Part shown: positions 9,711 to 18,953 of the stretch, piece after piece | Numbering within the stretch: the stretch's first letter is position 1 | Layout: every line of letters starts with the position of its first letter | From: Candidatus Caldarchaeales archaeon | GTDB taxonomy: Archaea; Thermoproteota; Nitrososphaeria_A; Caldarchaeales; Wolframiiraptoraceae | Assembly (NCBI GenBank): GCA_039630055.1 | Contig: JBCNVN010000002.1 | Coordinates: 64,001 to 128,000 of the forward strand | DNA: 64,000 nt | Direction: 5' to 3' | Program-made: the position numbers and the translations under genes | The notes under the pieces: model-generated | Seen by the model: only the letters and a program-made list of their open reading frames with translations | Database searches by the model: none | What the model was told of the DNA's origin: nothing

Positions 9711-11146
9711 TGTCGATGAAGTTTAGAAGAGGCTTCGAAGAATTTTGGAGGCTTAATGTATCTAAAGTGGGATTAGTATTCCTATCAATTCTCATAATAG
9801 TTGGCATCTATGTTACTGTCTCATTTCCCTTAGATTTTGGGGTAAGATACTGGAACAATCCTTCTTTCTGGGCTGACTATCCTAAATCTGCTCCACCAGC
9901 TTGGACGAACTATCTATCCAGCGAGAAATCCCCTGAACACTATGTCCAAGTATATAGCAAGCCATCCAATATCACTTTAACCAGTACTGGTAGAAAATTA
10001 TCGTATATCTTTAAAGTAAATTTTATGGCAGATAAAACTCCAACATTCATATCGTTCACCATAATGAATATAACCTATTATGATAAACCTCCAATTATAA
10101 GATTGAGCGTCCATAGACCAGACGAGAAGAAGATAGAATTATACTCATTTATTGTGACTGCTCCATATCTAGGAGAAGAACCACCTTACAATAGATATTA
10201 CGATCAGCCTAAGAGAATCTCGATAACAGGGGATATGTCGGTTGCAACCACTCTTTCACGATTCTTATACAGAGAATATAATGTAACATTAAAACCTAGT
10301 GAGGTAAACTCTATCGGTCAGCATAAAATAGTATTCAGTATACCTACGGGAGATGGCGGATTCAAGACATTGAAAGGAGAATATATCTTCACGATAGATG
10401 CCGAGACATTTAACCCGAATGATAAGGTTGGTGGAGTAATGCTAGTTTTGGGAGGAGAAGTCTATGGAATAATGGGCACGGATTCTCTTGGAAGAGATCT
10501 ATCCATCGGTCTTCTATTCGGGTTCCCAATAGCACTATTCATAGGTATAGTTACTTCAACCATAACTACATTATTAGGTGCAGGTCTCGGAATACTGGGG
10601 GGATACATAGGTGGAAAGATAGATGAAGCTATTCAAAGGATAGCAGACTTCATTAATAATATTCCTCTACTACCACTCTTGATATTTCTAGCATTTATAC
10701 TTGGACAGAATATATGGATACTAGTCTTCCTACTCGTAATCTTCGGATGGCCTACCCTAACCATAGTTGTAAGATCTATGGTTTTACAGATCAAAACAGG
10801 ACAATTTATAGAGGCAGCTATTTCTATAGGTGCACCAAGATGGTGGATAATGTTCAAGCACATCTTTCCACAAGTTGCACCATTCATCTTTGCTCAATTA
10901 ATCTTCTTCACACCTACATTCATACTTCTTGAGGCGGCTCTAAGCTTTCTGGGATTAGGAGACCCGACACTGCCTACATGGGGTCAGATCTTAGAATATG
11001 GTTTTAGAAGTGGTGGAATATATGTTGGATTATGGTGGTGGATAATACCTCCAGGCCTCTTGATAATATGGACTGCTGTAACTTTTGTCTTGATAGCATT
11101 AGGCATGGAGCCTGTGGTTAATCCTAGATTAAGGAGAATGAGATAA
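9710..11146 (+). CDS. dppC: Peptide ABC transporter permease (DppC/OppC-like) with large extracellular insertion
   Basis: GTDSLGRD, FIEAAISIGA, EAALSFLGLGDP. Confidence 0.93.
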   Translation: MSMKFRRGFEEFWRLNVSKVGLVFLSILIIVGIYVTVSFPLDFGVRYWNNPSFWADYPKSAPPAWTNYLSSEKSPEHYVQVYSKPSNITLTSTGRKLSYIFKVNFMADKTPTFISFTIMNITYYDKPPIIRLSVHRPDEKKIELYSFIVTAPYLGEEPPYNRYYDQPKRISITGDMSVATTLSRFLYREYNVTLKPSEVNSIGQHKIVFSIPTGDGGFKTLKGEYIFTIDAETFNPNDKVGGVMLVLGGEVYGIMGTDSLGRDLSIGLLFGFPIALFIGIVTSTITTLLGAGLGILGGYIGGKIDEAIQRIADFINNIPLLPLLIFLAFILGQNIWILVFLLVIFGWPTLTIVVRSMVLQIKTGQFIEAAISIGAPRWWIMFKHIFPQVAPFIFAQLIFFTPTFILLEAALSFLGLGDPTLPTWGQILEYGFRSGGIYVGLWWWIIPPGLLIIWTAVTFVLIALGMEPVVNPRLRRMR

Positions 11147-11163
11147 TATGCAGGTGAAGATGC

Positions 11164-12129
11164 ATGTCTATATTAAAAATAGAGAATTTAAAGCTTTTCT
11201 ATCAGACTCTAAGAGGCATCGTTAGAGCTGTTGATAATGTTTCTCTTCAATTAGAACATGGTGAGGCTCTAGGTGTTGTCGGCGAGTCTGGATGCGGTAA
11301 GACTAGTCTGGCTAATGCTATAATGAAGACTCTTCCAAACAATGTGGCCACATATGAAGGAAAGATCCTGTTAGATGGAGTGAATATCGTTGAACTATCT
11401 GAAGAAGAAGTTAGGAGAAATATTAGGTGGAAAAAGATCTCGATAGTCTTTCAAGGGGCTATGAATGTATTGAATCCAGTAATTAGAGTGGGGTCACAGA
11501 TAGCTGAGCCTTTAATAGTCCATTTAGAGATGAAGAAGGATGAAGCATACAATATAGCTAGAGAGAAGATGAAGCTTGTCGGATTACATGAAGAATTGTT
11601 TGATCGATATCCTCATGAACTGAGTGGAGGAATGAAGCAAAGAGTAGTAATAGCTATGGCACTGGTTATGAACCCTAAGATCATCATACTCGATGAGCCC
11701 ACTTCAGCGTTAGATGTAAGTATTCAAGCCCAGATAATGAATCTACTGAAGAGATTGAAGAGGGAGCTCAACCTCTCAATGATCTTCATTACACATGATA
11801 TAGCTTTAGCAAGCGATATAAGCGATAGGATCGCTGTAATGTATGCTGGACAGATCGTAGAGATGGGTTCAGCAGAACAAGTATTATTATCGTCTAAACA
11901 TCCCTATAGTCAGAAGTTATTAAAAGCTACACCAAGATTAAAAGGAGAAGAAAAACCAGAATTCATCCCCGGCACTCCTCCAGACTTAGTTAATCCTCCC
12001 AGTGGATGCAGGTTTCATCCAAGATGCCCATATGTTATGGAGATATGTAGAATACGTGAACCATTGAATTTTGAGTTAGAGAGTGGTTGGAGAACGATGT
12101 GCTGGCTATATGGTGAAGAAGATGGATGA
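11164..12129 (+). CDS. dppD: Peptide ABC transporter ATP-binding protein
   Basis: GESGCGKT, LSGGMKQR, DEPT, C-terminal GCRFHPRC Fe-S motif. Confidence 0.95.
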   Translation: MSILKIENLKLFYQTLRGIVRAVDNVSLQLEHGEALGVVGESGCGKTSLANAIMKTLPNNVATYEGKILLDGVNIVELSEEEVRRNIRWKKISIVFQGAMNVLNPVIRVGSQIAEPLIVHLEMKKDEAYNIAREKMKLVGLHEELFDRYPHELSGGMKQRVVIAMALVMNPKIIILDEPTSALDVSIQAQIMNLLKRLKRELNLSMIFITHDIALASDISDRIAVMYAGQIVEMGSAEQVLLSSKHPYSQKLLKATPRLKGEEKPEFIPGTPPDLVNPPSGCRFHPRCPYVMEICRIREPLNFELESGWRTMCWLYGEEDG

Positions 12130-13090
12130 AGAGTTAGTAAGGCTTGAAAACATTAAGATGTATTTCCAATCTAGAGTAGGTTTATTCAAGACAATACCCA
12201 TAAAAGCGGTAGATGGTGTAAGCATAGGGATAGCTAGAGGGGAGGCTCTTGCACTGGTTGGAGAGTCTGGATGCGGTAAAACCACTATTGCCAGAGTCTC
12301 TCTAAGACTACTCAAACCAACTGTTGGAAGAGTATTCTTTAACAATAGAGATATCACCGACTCGGCCGAGAAAGATCTAAAATGGTTTAGAAAAAGAGCT
12401 CAAGCAATCTTCCAAGATCCATATTCAAGCATAAATCCATTCATGACGATTAGAGAGATACTTGAGGAGCCGCTCATACTACATAATATAGGAGATAAAG
12501 ATGAGCGGCTTGAGCTTATTGCTAAAGTCTTAACCGATGTAAAGCTTACACCCATAGAAGAATTCATGGATAAGTATCCTCATATTTTAAGTGGTGGACA
12601 AAGACAGAGGGTTGGAATAGCCCGTGCACTTATCTTAAAACCAGACTATATAGCTGCAGATGAGCCTGTCTCAATGATAGATGCATCTAGTAGAGCAGAG
12701 ATACTCTATCTCTTAGGAGAGCTTCAAGAGAGATACGGTATTACCTTCCTCTACATAACACATGACATAGCTACAGCTAAATATTTTAGCGATAGGATAG
12801 CTGTAATGTATCTTGGCGAGATAATAGAGCTTGCAGAATCACGTGAAATAGTTAGAAACCCTCTACACCCCTACACGCAAGCATTGATAGAATCGGTTCC
12901 CGAACCTGATCCATTAAATAGATTTAGAGAGAGGAGAGTTATAGTAGGTGAACCTCCAAGCCCCGTTAATCCACCTAGTGGATGTAGATTTCATCCAAGA
13001 TGTCAATACAGATTTGAACCATGTGATAAGAAAAGGCCAGAACTGAAGGAAGTTAAAAAAGGTCATTTCGTAGCTTGCTTCCTATATTAG
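12122..13090 (+). CDS. dppF: Peptide ABC transporter ATP-binding protein
   Basis: GESGCGKT, LSGGQRQR, GCRFHPRC; start placed at ATG 12122 after a GGTGA ribosome-binding site. Confidence 0.95.
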   Translation: MDEELVRLENIKMYFQSRVGLFKTIPIKAVDGVSIGIARGEALALVGESGCGKTTIARVSLRLLKPTVGRVFFNNRDITDSAEKDLKWFRKRAQAIFQDPYSSINPFMTIREILEEPLILHNIGDKDERLELIAKVLTDVKLTPIEEFMDKYPHILSGGQRQRVGIARALILKPDYIAADEPVSMIDASSRAEILYLLGELQERYGITFLYITHDIATAKYFSDRIAVMYLGEIIELAESREIVRNPLHPYTQALIESVPEPDPLNRFRERRVIVGEPPSPVNPPSGCRFHPRCQYRFEPCDKKRPELKEVKKGHFVACFLY

Positions 13091-13186
13091 CTAACTACAC
13101 TGATAGTTAAGGGAGAGCATGTTGAATTAGAGTATTGGAGGGTTTTTGTGGGAAGGTTTTAATAATCTTGAATCTAACCATTATAC

Positions 13187-13477
13187 ATGGAAGATTATTT
13201 TCTTCTATTACTCATCATACCTATAATAGTGTTTTCGACAACTACATTACTATACATATTTCTCTTTGTAAAGACTTGGAAGACATTTGGAGAGGATAGT
13301 AACGGGAGATGGCTTAGCCAGCCGATATTAGACCAGAAAGGATTGGAAAGATTGAGAGAGAATCTTAGAAGTAGAAAAGATATAGAGAATGTACAGAGTT
13401 TGATAGAGAAGTTGAGAACTTTGAGAAAAGAAGTGGAGGAGATTTTAGATGATCTCCGAAGAAGTAAGGAGAGCTAG
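13187..13477 (+). CDS. Hypothetical protein (N-terminal TM helix, C-terminal coiled coil)
   Basis: ORF overlapping the rpiA start, preceded by a TATA-like TTTAATAA. Confidence 0.6.
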   Translation: MEDYFLLLLIIPIIVFSTTTLLYIFLFVKTWKTFGEDSNGRWLSQPILDQKGLERLRENLRSRKDIENVQSLIEKLRTLRKEVEEILDDLRRSKES

Positions 13478-14168
13478 AGAAGCCGCCATCTCAAGAGCTT
13501 TAAGATATATTGAGGACGGCATGGTAATAGGATTTGGAACAGGGTCAACGATGGCACAAGCGATCGGTTATATAAGAAAGAAGGTTCAAGAAGAGGAGAT
13601 GAAACTCTTCTTCATCCCAACATCTCTCCAGTCTAGACAGCTGATATTAGAGAATCATCTAAAGATCGTTAGCCTCTATGAGTATCCTGAACCAGATTTA
13701 ATGATAGATAGTTTTGACCAATCCGATAGAGAGGGGAATGTTATAAAGGGTGGCGGTGGCGCAATGTTAATGGAGAAGATTATTGCACAAACATCTAGAA
13801 GAGTAGTCTTTATCGGAGATTACCTAAAACTAACAGATAAGTTGAAGATGCCGGTACCCGTAGAGATATTGGAAGATGCTTACCCTCATGTTAAAAGAGT
13901 TTTGGAGAAGGCGGATCTTAAGCTTAAGCTGAGAGAATCGACTGGCAAGATGGGGCCTGTGATAAGTGATAAAGGAAATATTTTAGGAGATGTTGATGCA
14001 GGAGTAATTGAAGATCCAGATAGATTAGATAGATTTTTAAGATCTATAGCTGGACTGATTGAGACAGGCTTGTTCCCGAAACTATCCGACAAGATCATAA
14101 TTGGAAGAATGGATGGAGAAGTGGATGAGATAGATGTCCAGAAGAGAAGGCTAATATACGATTCTTAA
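13449..14168 (+). CDS. rpiA: Ribose-5-phosphate isomerase A (divergent)
   Basis: GFGTGST, KGGGGA..EK, PVPVE, SD.GN; DGADE motif reads DSFDQ. Confidence 0.88.
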   Translation: MISEEVRRAREAAISRALRYIEDGMVIGFGTGSTMAQAIGYIRKKVQEEEMKLFFIPTSLQSRQLILENHLKIVSLYEYPEPDLMIDSFDQSDREGNVIKGGGGAMLMEKIIAQTSRRVVFIGDYLKLTDKLKMPVPVEILEDAYPHVKRVLEKADLKLKLRESTGKMGPVISDKGNILGDVDAGVIEDPDRLDRFLRSIAGLIETGLFPKLSDKIIIGRMDGEVDEIDVQKRRLIYDS

Positions 14169-14287
14169 ATTTAGATTCAAAAATTTGAACATTTTAATCT
14201 ATATGAATTCGGTAGATTAACATGAACCTTTATCATGAAAAGCTATATACTGCTTGACCAATTTATCAGCAGAGAACACAATACCAT

Positions 14288-14302
14288 GAAGGGTTAAAAA
14301 TT
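14288..14302 (+). promoter_or_regulatory. BRE/TATA promoter of the tRNA gene
   Basis: GAAGGGTTAAAAATT about 25-30 nt upstream of the tRNA 5' end. Confidence 0.55.
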
Positions 14303-14326
14303 AAGGTGTACGCTAGAGTTACGTGT

Positions 14327-14420
14327 GCCGGGGTAACTTAGCCTGGTTAGAGTGCGAGGCTCATAATCCATAGGTTTGGATGCAACCTCGAAGTCGAGGG
14401 TTCAAATCCCTCCCCCGGCA
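14327..14420 (+). tRNA. tRNA-Met(CAT), elongator type, with a 19-nt anticodon-loop intron (about 14366-14384)
   Basis: Acceptor GCCGGGG/CCCCGGC-A, D loop AGCCTGGTTA, anticodon stem CGAGG/CCTCG around CTCATA, T arm GAGGG-TTCAAAT-CCCTC; G1-C72 pair argues against initiator; CCA not encoded. Confidence 0.95.
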
Positions 14421-14878
14421 TATTAAATAGTTGTTAGAGACCTCATAATTTTACATCTGCCATCAGAATCATCCAATATTTCTCATCGAGTATATCTAAA
14501 ATATCTACGAGATCTTTCGTGAGTTTTAGATTTTACGAGGTCGAGGCGATTGAGAATGTTAAGGATCGTTCTCATATGATCTCAAGAGAAATAAACATGA
14601 CTATCTTCTTTATTGTTTTAAAGAAGTTATTGGAAGATGTGATAAAGTGGTATACGGTCTACAATCTTCTCTAAGATCCGGCTACATTATGGAAGTTTTT
14701 ACCTAAAATCGAAAGGCATAGGATCTATTAAAATAGAGATTCAGAGATTCCTCATCATATTACTACCTCAACATTATATAATAGCAAGAGGATTTGCTGT
14801 TAACTGACTAGACTCTTTTATCTTTATGTCAGTTTAATACTTAAATCTGTCATCAAAAATATCTATTCAGAGAAATTT

Positions 14879-16657
14879 ATGGAGAAAGTTTATAATCCAT
14901 CATATAAGAGGAAAGGTAATAAGATCAATATCGTGTTTTGTGGTTCAAATTTTGTAGGATATACTGGAGAACCACTCTCCATATCACTTTACTCACAAGG
15001 GGTTAAAGCTTTAGGTAAAAGTAAGAGGCTCTATAGATGGAGAGGTTTCTATAGTTTAAGCCCTCAAGATAGGATTATCTTGGTAAACTTTGGGGGAGAG
15101 TATGTAGATCCATCAGTGGTTCTCTGCAGAGAGGGACAACATGTATACTCAAATCTGAAAACACCCTTACTCGTAAAGATAACTTCCCACTTTCTAGATG
15201 GATTCTTACAGCATAGAAAGCTTATAAAGAATAAGTTCGTATGGAAGCAAGCTATCCAAATGATAAAAAAATTTTCAAACGATCCTGATGTTAAAGATTT
15301 TACAGCTGTTAAAAGAGGGAAGATCATAAATGTTGAGTCTGATGTCGTGGTTGTTGGTGGAGGTTTGGCAGGATTAACTGCAGCTGACACTACGAGTAAG
15401 TTTGGTTTAAGAGTGGTATTGGTGGATGATTCTAGAGAGTTGGGAGGTAGAATGAGGTACGACTTTACCGATCCTCCAGGGGTAGACTTATCTAGAGGGT
15501 CTCTACTGGAGAGGCTCTTGAATAATATCGGTATTAGGGGTGTAAGGATATTAACAAAAACGATCTTTGCAGGTTTCTTCGAAGACCATGCTATAGCCTA
15601 TTCCGAGGAAGAGAATATTCTCTACATACTTAAAGCGAAAGCATACATTCTAGCAACTGGAAAAGTAGATCTCCCATGTATTTTTAGAGGCAATGATCTT
15701 CCAGGAGTCATATCAGGTTCCACGGCACTAGAGATGATGAATTGGTATGGTGTTAAACCTGGAAGGAGTGGAGTTATCTTAGGCGCATCTGATTATAGTT
15801 TAAGAATAGCTCAACAATTGAAGCGTTTAGATATAGACTTGACGATATTAGACTCTTCAAAGACTTCTAATATCCTTTCCGGTCTAGAGAAGATTGGAGG
15901 ATATATTCATAATGTCAGAGAGATTAAAGCTTTAGGTGACAGATCTGTAAAGAAAGTCAAGGTATTTCATGATGGTGGAGTCGATACCATAGACGTAGAT
16001 TTCATCGTTTGCTCCGCTATCTCAAATCCAGACCTAAAGATCACAGGTCAACTATATCCCAAGACGATATTCATAGATGGGGTAGGTTTCGTTCCAGTTC
16101 ACAGTAAACACATGGAAGTAAAGGATGGAGTATTCATAGCAGGGGGGTCAACAGGATCACCTTATGGTATTCTACATATTATGGAGGGGGAGATTGCTGG
16201 ATTGGCTGCAGCTTCTAGGTCTGGTGTAAAAGGATTAGAAGAAGAATTATTCCAAAAGGTTGAGGGATATGATAAGAAGCTGTACGAGATGGGAGTTACA
16301 TGGAAAGAAAAAATCTTCAAGACATTCTATGGGATGCCTTTAGAAGATTTTTCTGCAAATCATCTATCTCACATCTTTATAGAGAAGCCTAGTAGAGATG
16401 CATTCATATGCTTCTGCGAAGATATAACTACTAAAGACATAGCAAGGACCGTCTTCGAGAAAGGATATAGAATCTTAGAGCTGGTGAAGAGAAGTTTAGG
16501 AATCTGTACAGGTAGGTGTCAAGGAAGATTATGTATGGTGAATGCATCTCTCTATATATCCTATTTGACAGATTCAAAGCCGGACGATATCGGTTTAACT
16601 AGGATTAGAGCACCAGCCATCTCTATACCTTTATACATGCTGGGAGGCGAGGTGTAG
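14879..16657 (+). CDS. Proline dehydrogenase/sarcosine oxidase alpha-like subunit (FAD/NAD-binding, C-terminal BFD-like Cys cluster)
   Basis: DVVVVGGGLAG, ATG, GNDLPGV, C-terminal ICFCED...CTGRCQGRLC. Confidence 0.88.
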   Translation: MEKVYNPSYKRKGNKINIVFCGSNFVGYTGEPLSISLYSQGVKALGKSKRLYRWRGFYSLSPQDRIILVNFGGEYVDPSVVLCREGQHVYSNLKTPLLVKITSHFLDGFLQHRKLIKNKFVWKQAIQMIKKFSNDPDVKDFTAVKRGKIINVESDVVVVGGGLAGLTAADTTSKFGLRVVLVDDSRELGGRMRYDFTDPPGVDLSRGSLLERLLNNIGIRGVRILTKTIFAGFFEDHAIAYSEEENILYILKAKAYILATGKVDLPCIFRGNDLPGVISGSTALEMMNWYGVKPGRSGVILGASDYSLRIAQQLKRLDIDLTILDSSKTSNILSGLEKIGGYIHNVREIKALGDRSVKKVKVFHDGGVDTIDVDFIVCSAISNPDLKITGQLYPKTIFIDGVGFVPVHSKHMEVKDGVFIAGGSTGSPYGILHIMEGEIAGLAAASRSGVKGLEEELFQKVEGYDKKLYEMGVTWKEKIFKTFYGMPLEDFSANHLSHIFIEKPSRDAFICFCEDITTKDIARTVFEKGYRILELVKRSLGICTGRCQGRLCMVNASLYISYLTDSKPDDIGLTRIRAPAISIPLYMLGGEV

Positions 16658-16659
16658 AG

Positions 16660-17796
16660 ATGAAGATCGCTGTAGTAGGTGGAGGAATAAGCGGGCTCTC
16701 CATAGCCTACAATCTAGCTTTGAGAAATGCTGGAGAGATACATGTATATGAAAAGAAGTGGATTACTTATGGATCGAGTACTAGGTCTGGAGCTAGATTC
16801 AGAGTACATTTCTGGAGAGAAGAAAATACAAAGTTTGCGATAGAATCGATTAAAAGGCTTGAGAAACTTGCGTCTAAGATGGCGTGGAATCCCATAATAC
16901 ATAGGGGAGGATATCTATGGTTACTCTCTAATGAATCCATGATTGATCAGTTTAAGAACGCCAATAATATGTGGGGTAGAATGGGTGTTCCAGGAATATT
17001 CCTAGATCCTGGAGAGCTTAGAGAAAGGTATCCCTATATCATGGTCGACGATATACTGTCTGCATTCTACGGTCCTCAGAATGGAAGCTATCATCACGAT
17101 TACGTCTGCTTTGGATATCATTCTCTCGCTAAGTCTCTGGGAGTACAATTTCATGAGATGACATCTGTAGATGAAGTATTAGTTGTAGGAAATAGAGTAA
17201 GTCAGATAAAGACTGATAAAGGATTAACAAACATAGATGTAGTGGTACTAGCTACAGAGGCTTGGACGAATATTCTACTCGATAAACTTGGAATATCACT
17301 ACCTACCGAGCCTTTGAGAAAAGAGGTCTGCCTCACCGAGCCATACCGTCATTTTATAGATCCCCTAATCATAGATACGGAATCCTCTGCATATGTTGGA
17401 CAGACTCTTAAGGGAGAGATCCTGGGATCTATAGATTACCCTACTCAGAGAGGTTTACTAGATATTAATGTGAGGTTTGAGCTGATGTCTGCATGGGCTA
17501 GAGCGATATCGAAGAGGATACCTATTCTAAGAAATTGTAGGATTATGAGGACTTGGGCAGGATACTATATGATGTCACTTGATGAGAGCCACATTATGGG
17601 TAGAGACCCTGAATGGCCTGAGGGACTATTCGTAGCATATGGATACAGTGGACATGGATTTATGATGGCTCCACTTGTCGGAGAACTGTTAGCAGAAAAC
17701 ATACTGACTGGGAGAATAGATGATCTTATGAGACCCTTTCTACCGACAAGATTCAAAGAGAACAAGCTAATAAAAGAGAGAATGGTAATAGGATAA
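16660..17796 (+). CDS. Proline dehydrogenase/sarcosine oxidase beta-like FAD subunit
   Basis: GGGISG, GSSTRSG, RTWAGYY, GYSGHGFMMAP. Confidence 0.9.
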   Translation: MKIAVVGGGISGLSIAYNLALRNAGEIHVYEKKWITYGSSTRSGARFRVHFWREENTKFAIESIKRLEKLASKMAWNPIIHRGGYLWLLSNESMIDQFKNANNMWGRMGVPGIFLDPGELRERYPYIMVDDILSAFYGPQNGSYHHDYVCFGYHSLAKSLGVQFHEMTSVDEVLVVGNRVSQIKTDKGLTNIDVVVLATEAWTNILLDKLGISLPTEPLRKEVCLTEPYRHFIDPLIIDTESSAYVGQTLKGEILGSIDYPTQRGLLDINVRFELMSAWARAISKRIPILRNCRIMRTWAGYYMMSLDESHIMGRDPEWPEGLFVAYGYSGHGFMMAPLVGELLAENILTGRIDDLMRPFLPTRFKENKLIKERMVIG

Positions 17797-17844
17797 GAGT
17801 ATTAGGTTTTCATCATTACCTTCTTAAAACATTGAGCCAACGTA

Positions 17845-18903
17845 TCACAGTTTTGTCAATCCCAGCCTCTGCATTATATCCATAAGTTTCTCAATAAGCT
17901 CATTTACTCTTAAAACCTCTCTTATATTCCAGTAGACAAGTTTATCGGAGAGCATCTTCAAGGTTGATACTTCTCTCTTAATCTTTTCTAACTCTTCTTC
18001 ACTTGCAACGGCTACAACTTTCTGGACGGTGGGATCTTGAGAGGCCCTAACTAGATTTAGTATCATCCCATCTATGCTACCCTTAATCTGAACCTCGAAT
18101 ACATACCTTAGCTCTCCTAGATTGCCTATCTTCGCCGACCATACCAAGTCTACTTTTGCACCGTACGTCAACGGAACCTCCTTAAATGCATCAAAACCTA
18201 ATCCTCTTCCAATCCTCAGAAGCATATCAACAACTTCATCATGATCGAATACTTCTTCACCAGCATACTTTTCATCTTCCTCAACAAGCTCTAGAACATA
18301 GTATAAGAAGTAGTCTACATCCAGTAGGTCTGGATCTGTTAATCGTTCAGGATCTTTTAGGAGCATTACCAGTTCCTTTAAAATATCGATTATCGATACA
18401 TATTCTTCTCCAGTCAATTTATTCACTCTAAATTTATCGATCTGTGTTAATCCAAGTTTCACCAATGCTTCTTTAACTCTCCTATTCCATATACAGTATT
18501 CTCTTGGGTTGAAGTAAGAGAGCATCTCCGTCATCATAGCTATGCCGATACCTTTAATATTCTTACGGAATTCATCAAACCTCGCAGCTAGATCTCTATC
18601 AGAATATAACAGTTCACCCAGATAATGTTTCAATCGTCCTATTCCTCCAGCACCCTCTATCCAATAATCTACTAAGTATTCTTTTTTAGTCCACCGTGTA
18701 AAAGCGTAGAGATTGTTGGCTAGTATAAGAAGACTGCTTTTATCGAATTTTTCTAAGCCCTCCCTGGAGAGTATCTTCTTAACTTCAGCTTCATGTCTTC
18801 TCCTCTCTTCTTCGAATCTTAGACCTTCATCCTTATTTCTAAAATCGAGGTAAGCTTTCTTATACCTTAATACATTCTCAACAAAATTTTGAGGTAGGCT
18901 CAA
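17845..18903 (-). CDS. Putative restriction-type nuclease: HhH-like N-terminal domain plus PD-(D/E)xK-like C-terminal domain
   Basis: IKGIGIAMMTEML..FNP.EY.IWN and LLDVDYFLY in the N-domain; H.E...GF, KVDLVW and VFEVQ in the C-domain. Confidence 0.6.
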   Translation of the reverse strand: MSLPQNFVENVLRYKKAYLDFRNKDEGLRFEEERRRHEAEVKKILSREGLEKFDKSSLLILANNLYAFTRWTKKEYLVDYWIEGAGGIGRLKHYLGELLYSDRDLAARFDEFRKNIKGIGIAMMTEMLSYFNPREYCIWNRRVKEALVKLGLTQIDKFRVNKLTGEEYVSIIDILKELVMLLKDPERLTDPDLLDVDYFLYYVLELVEEDEKYAGEEVFDHDEVVDMLLRIGRGLGFDAFKEVPLTYGAKVDLVWSAKIGNLGELRYVFEVQIKGSIDGMILNLVRASQDPTVQKVVAVASEEELEKIKREVSTLKMLSDKLVYWNIREVLRVNELIEKLMDIMQRLGLTKL

Positions 18904-18953
18904 ACAAACACCAAAAGAATAAACTTTGCTATTTTATAAAAATATTTGCTTCT

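Noticed and set aside
14421-14878. Non-coding stretch after the tRNA as a possible integrated-element remnant
   Set aside because: No att repeat or integrase; only a short, unconvincing winged-helix-like peptide on the minus strand.
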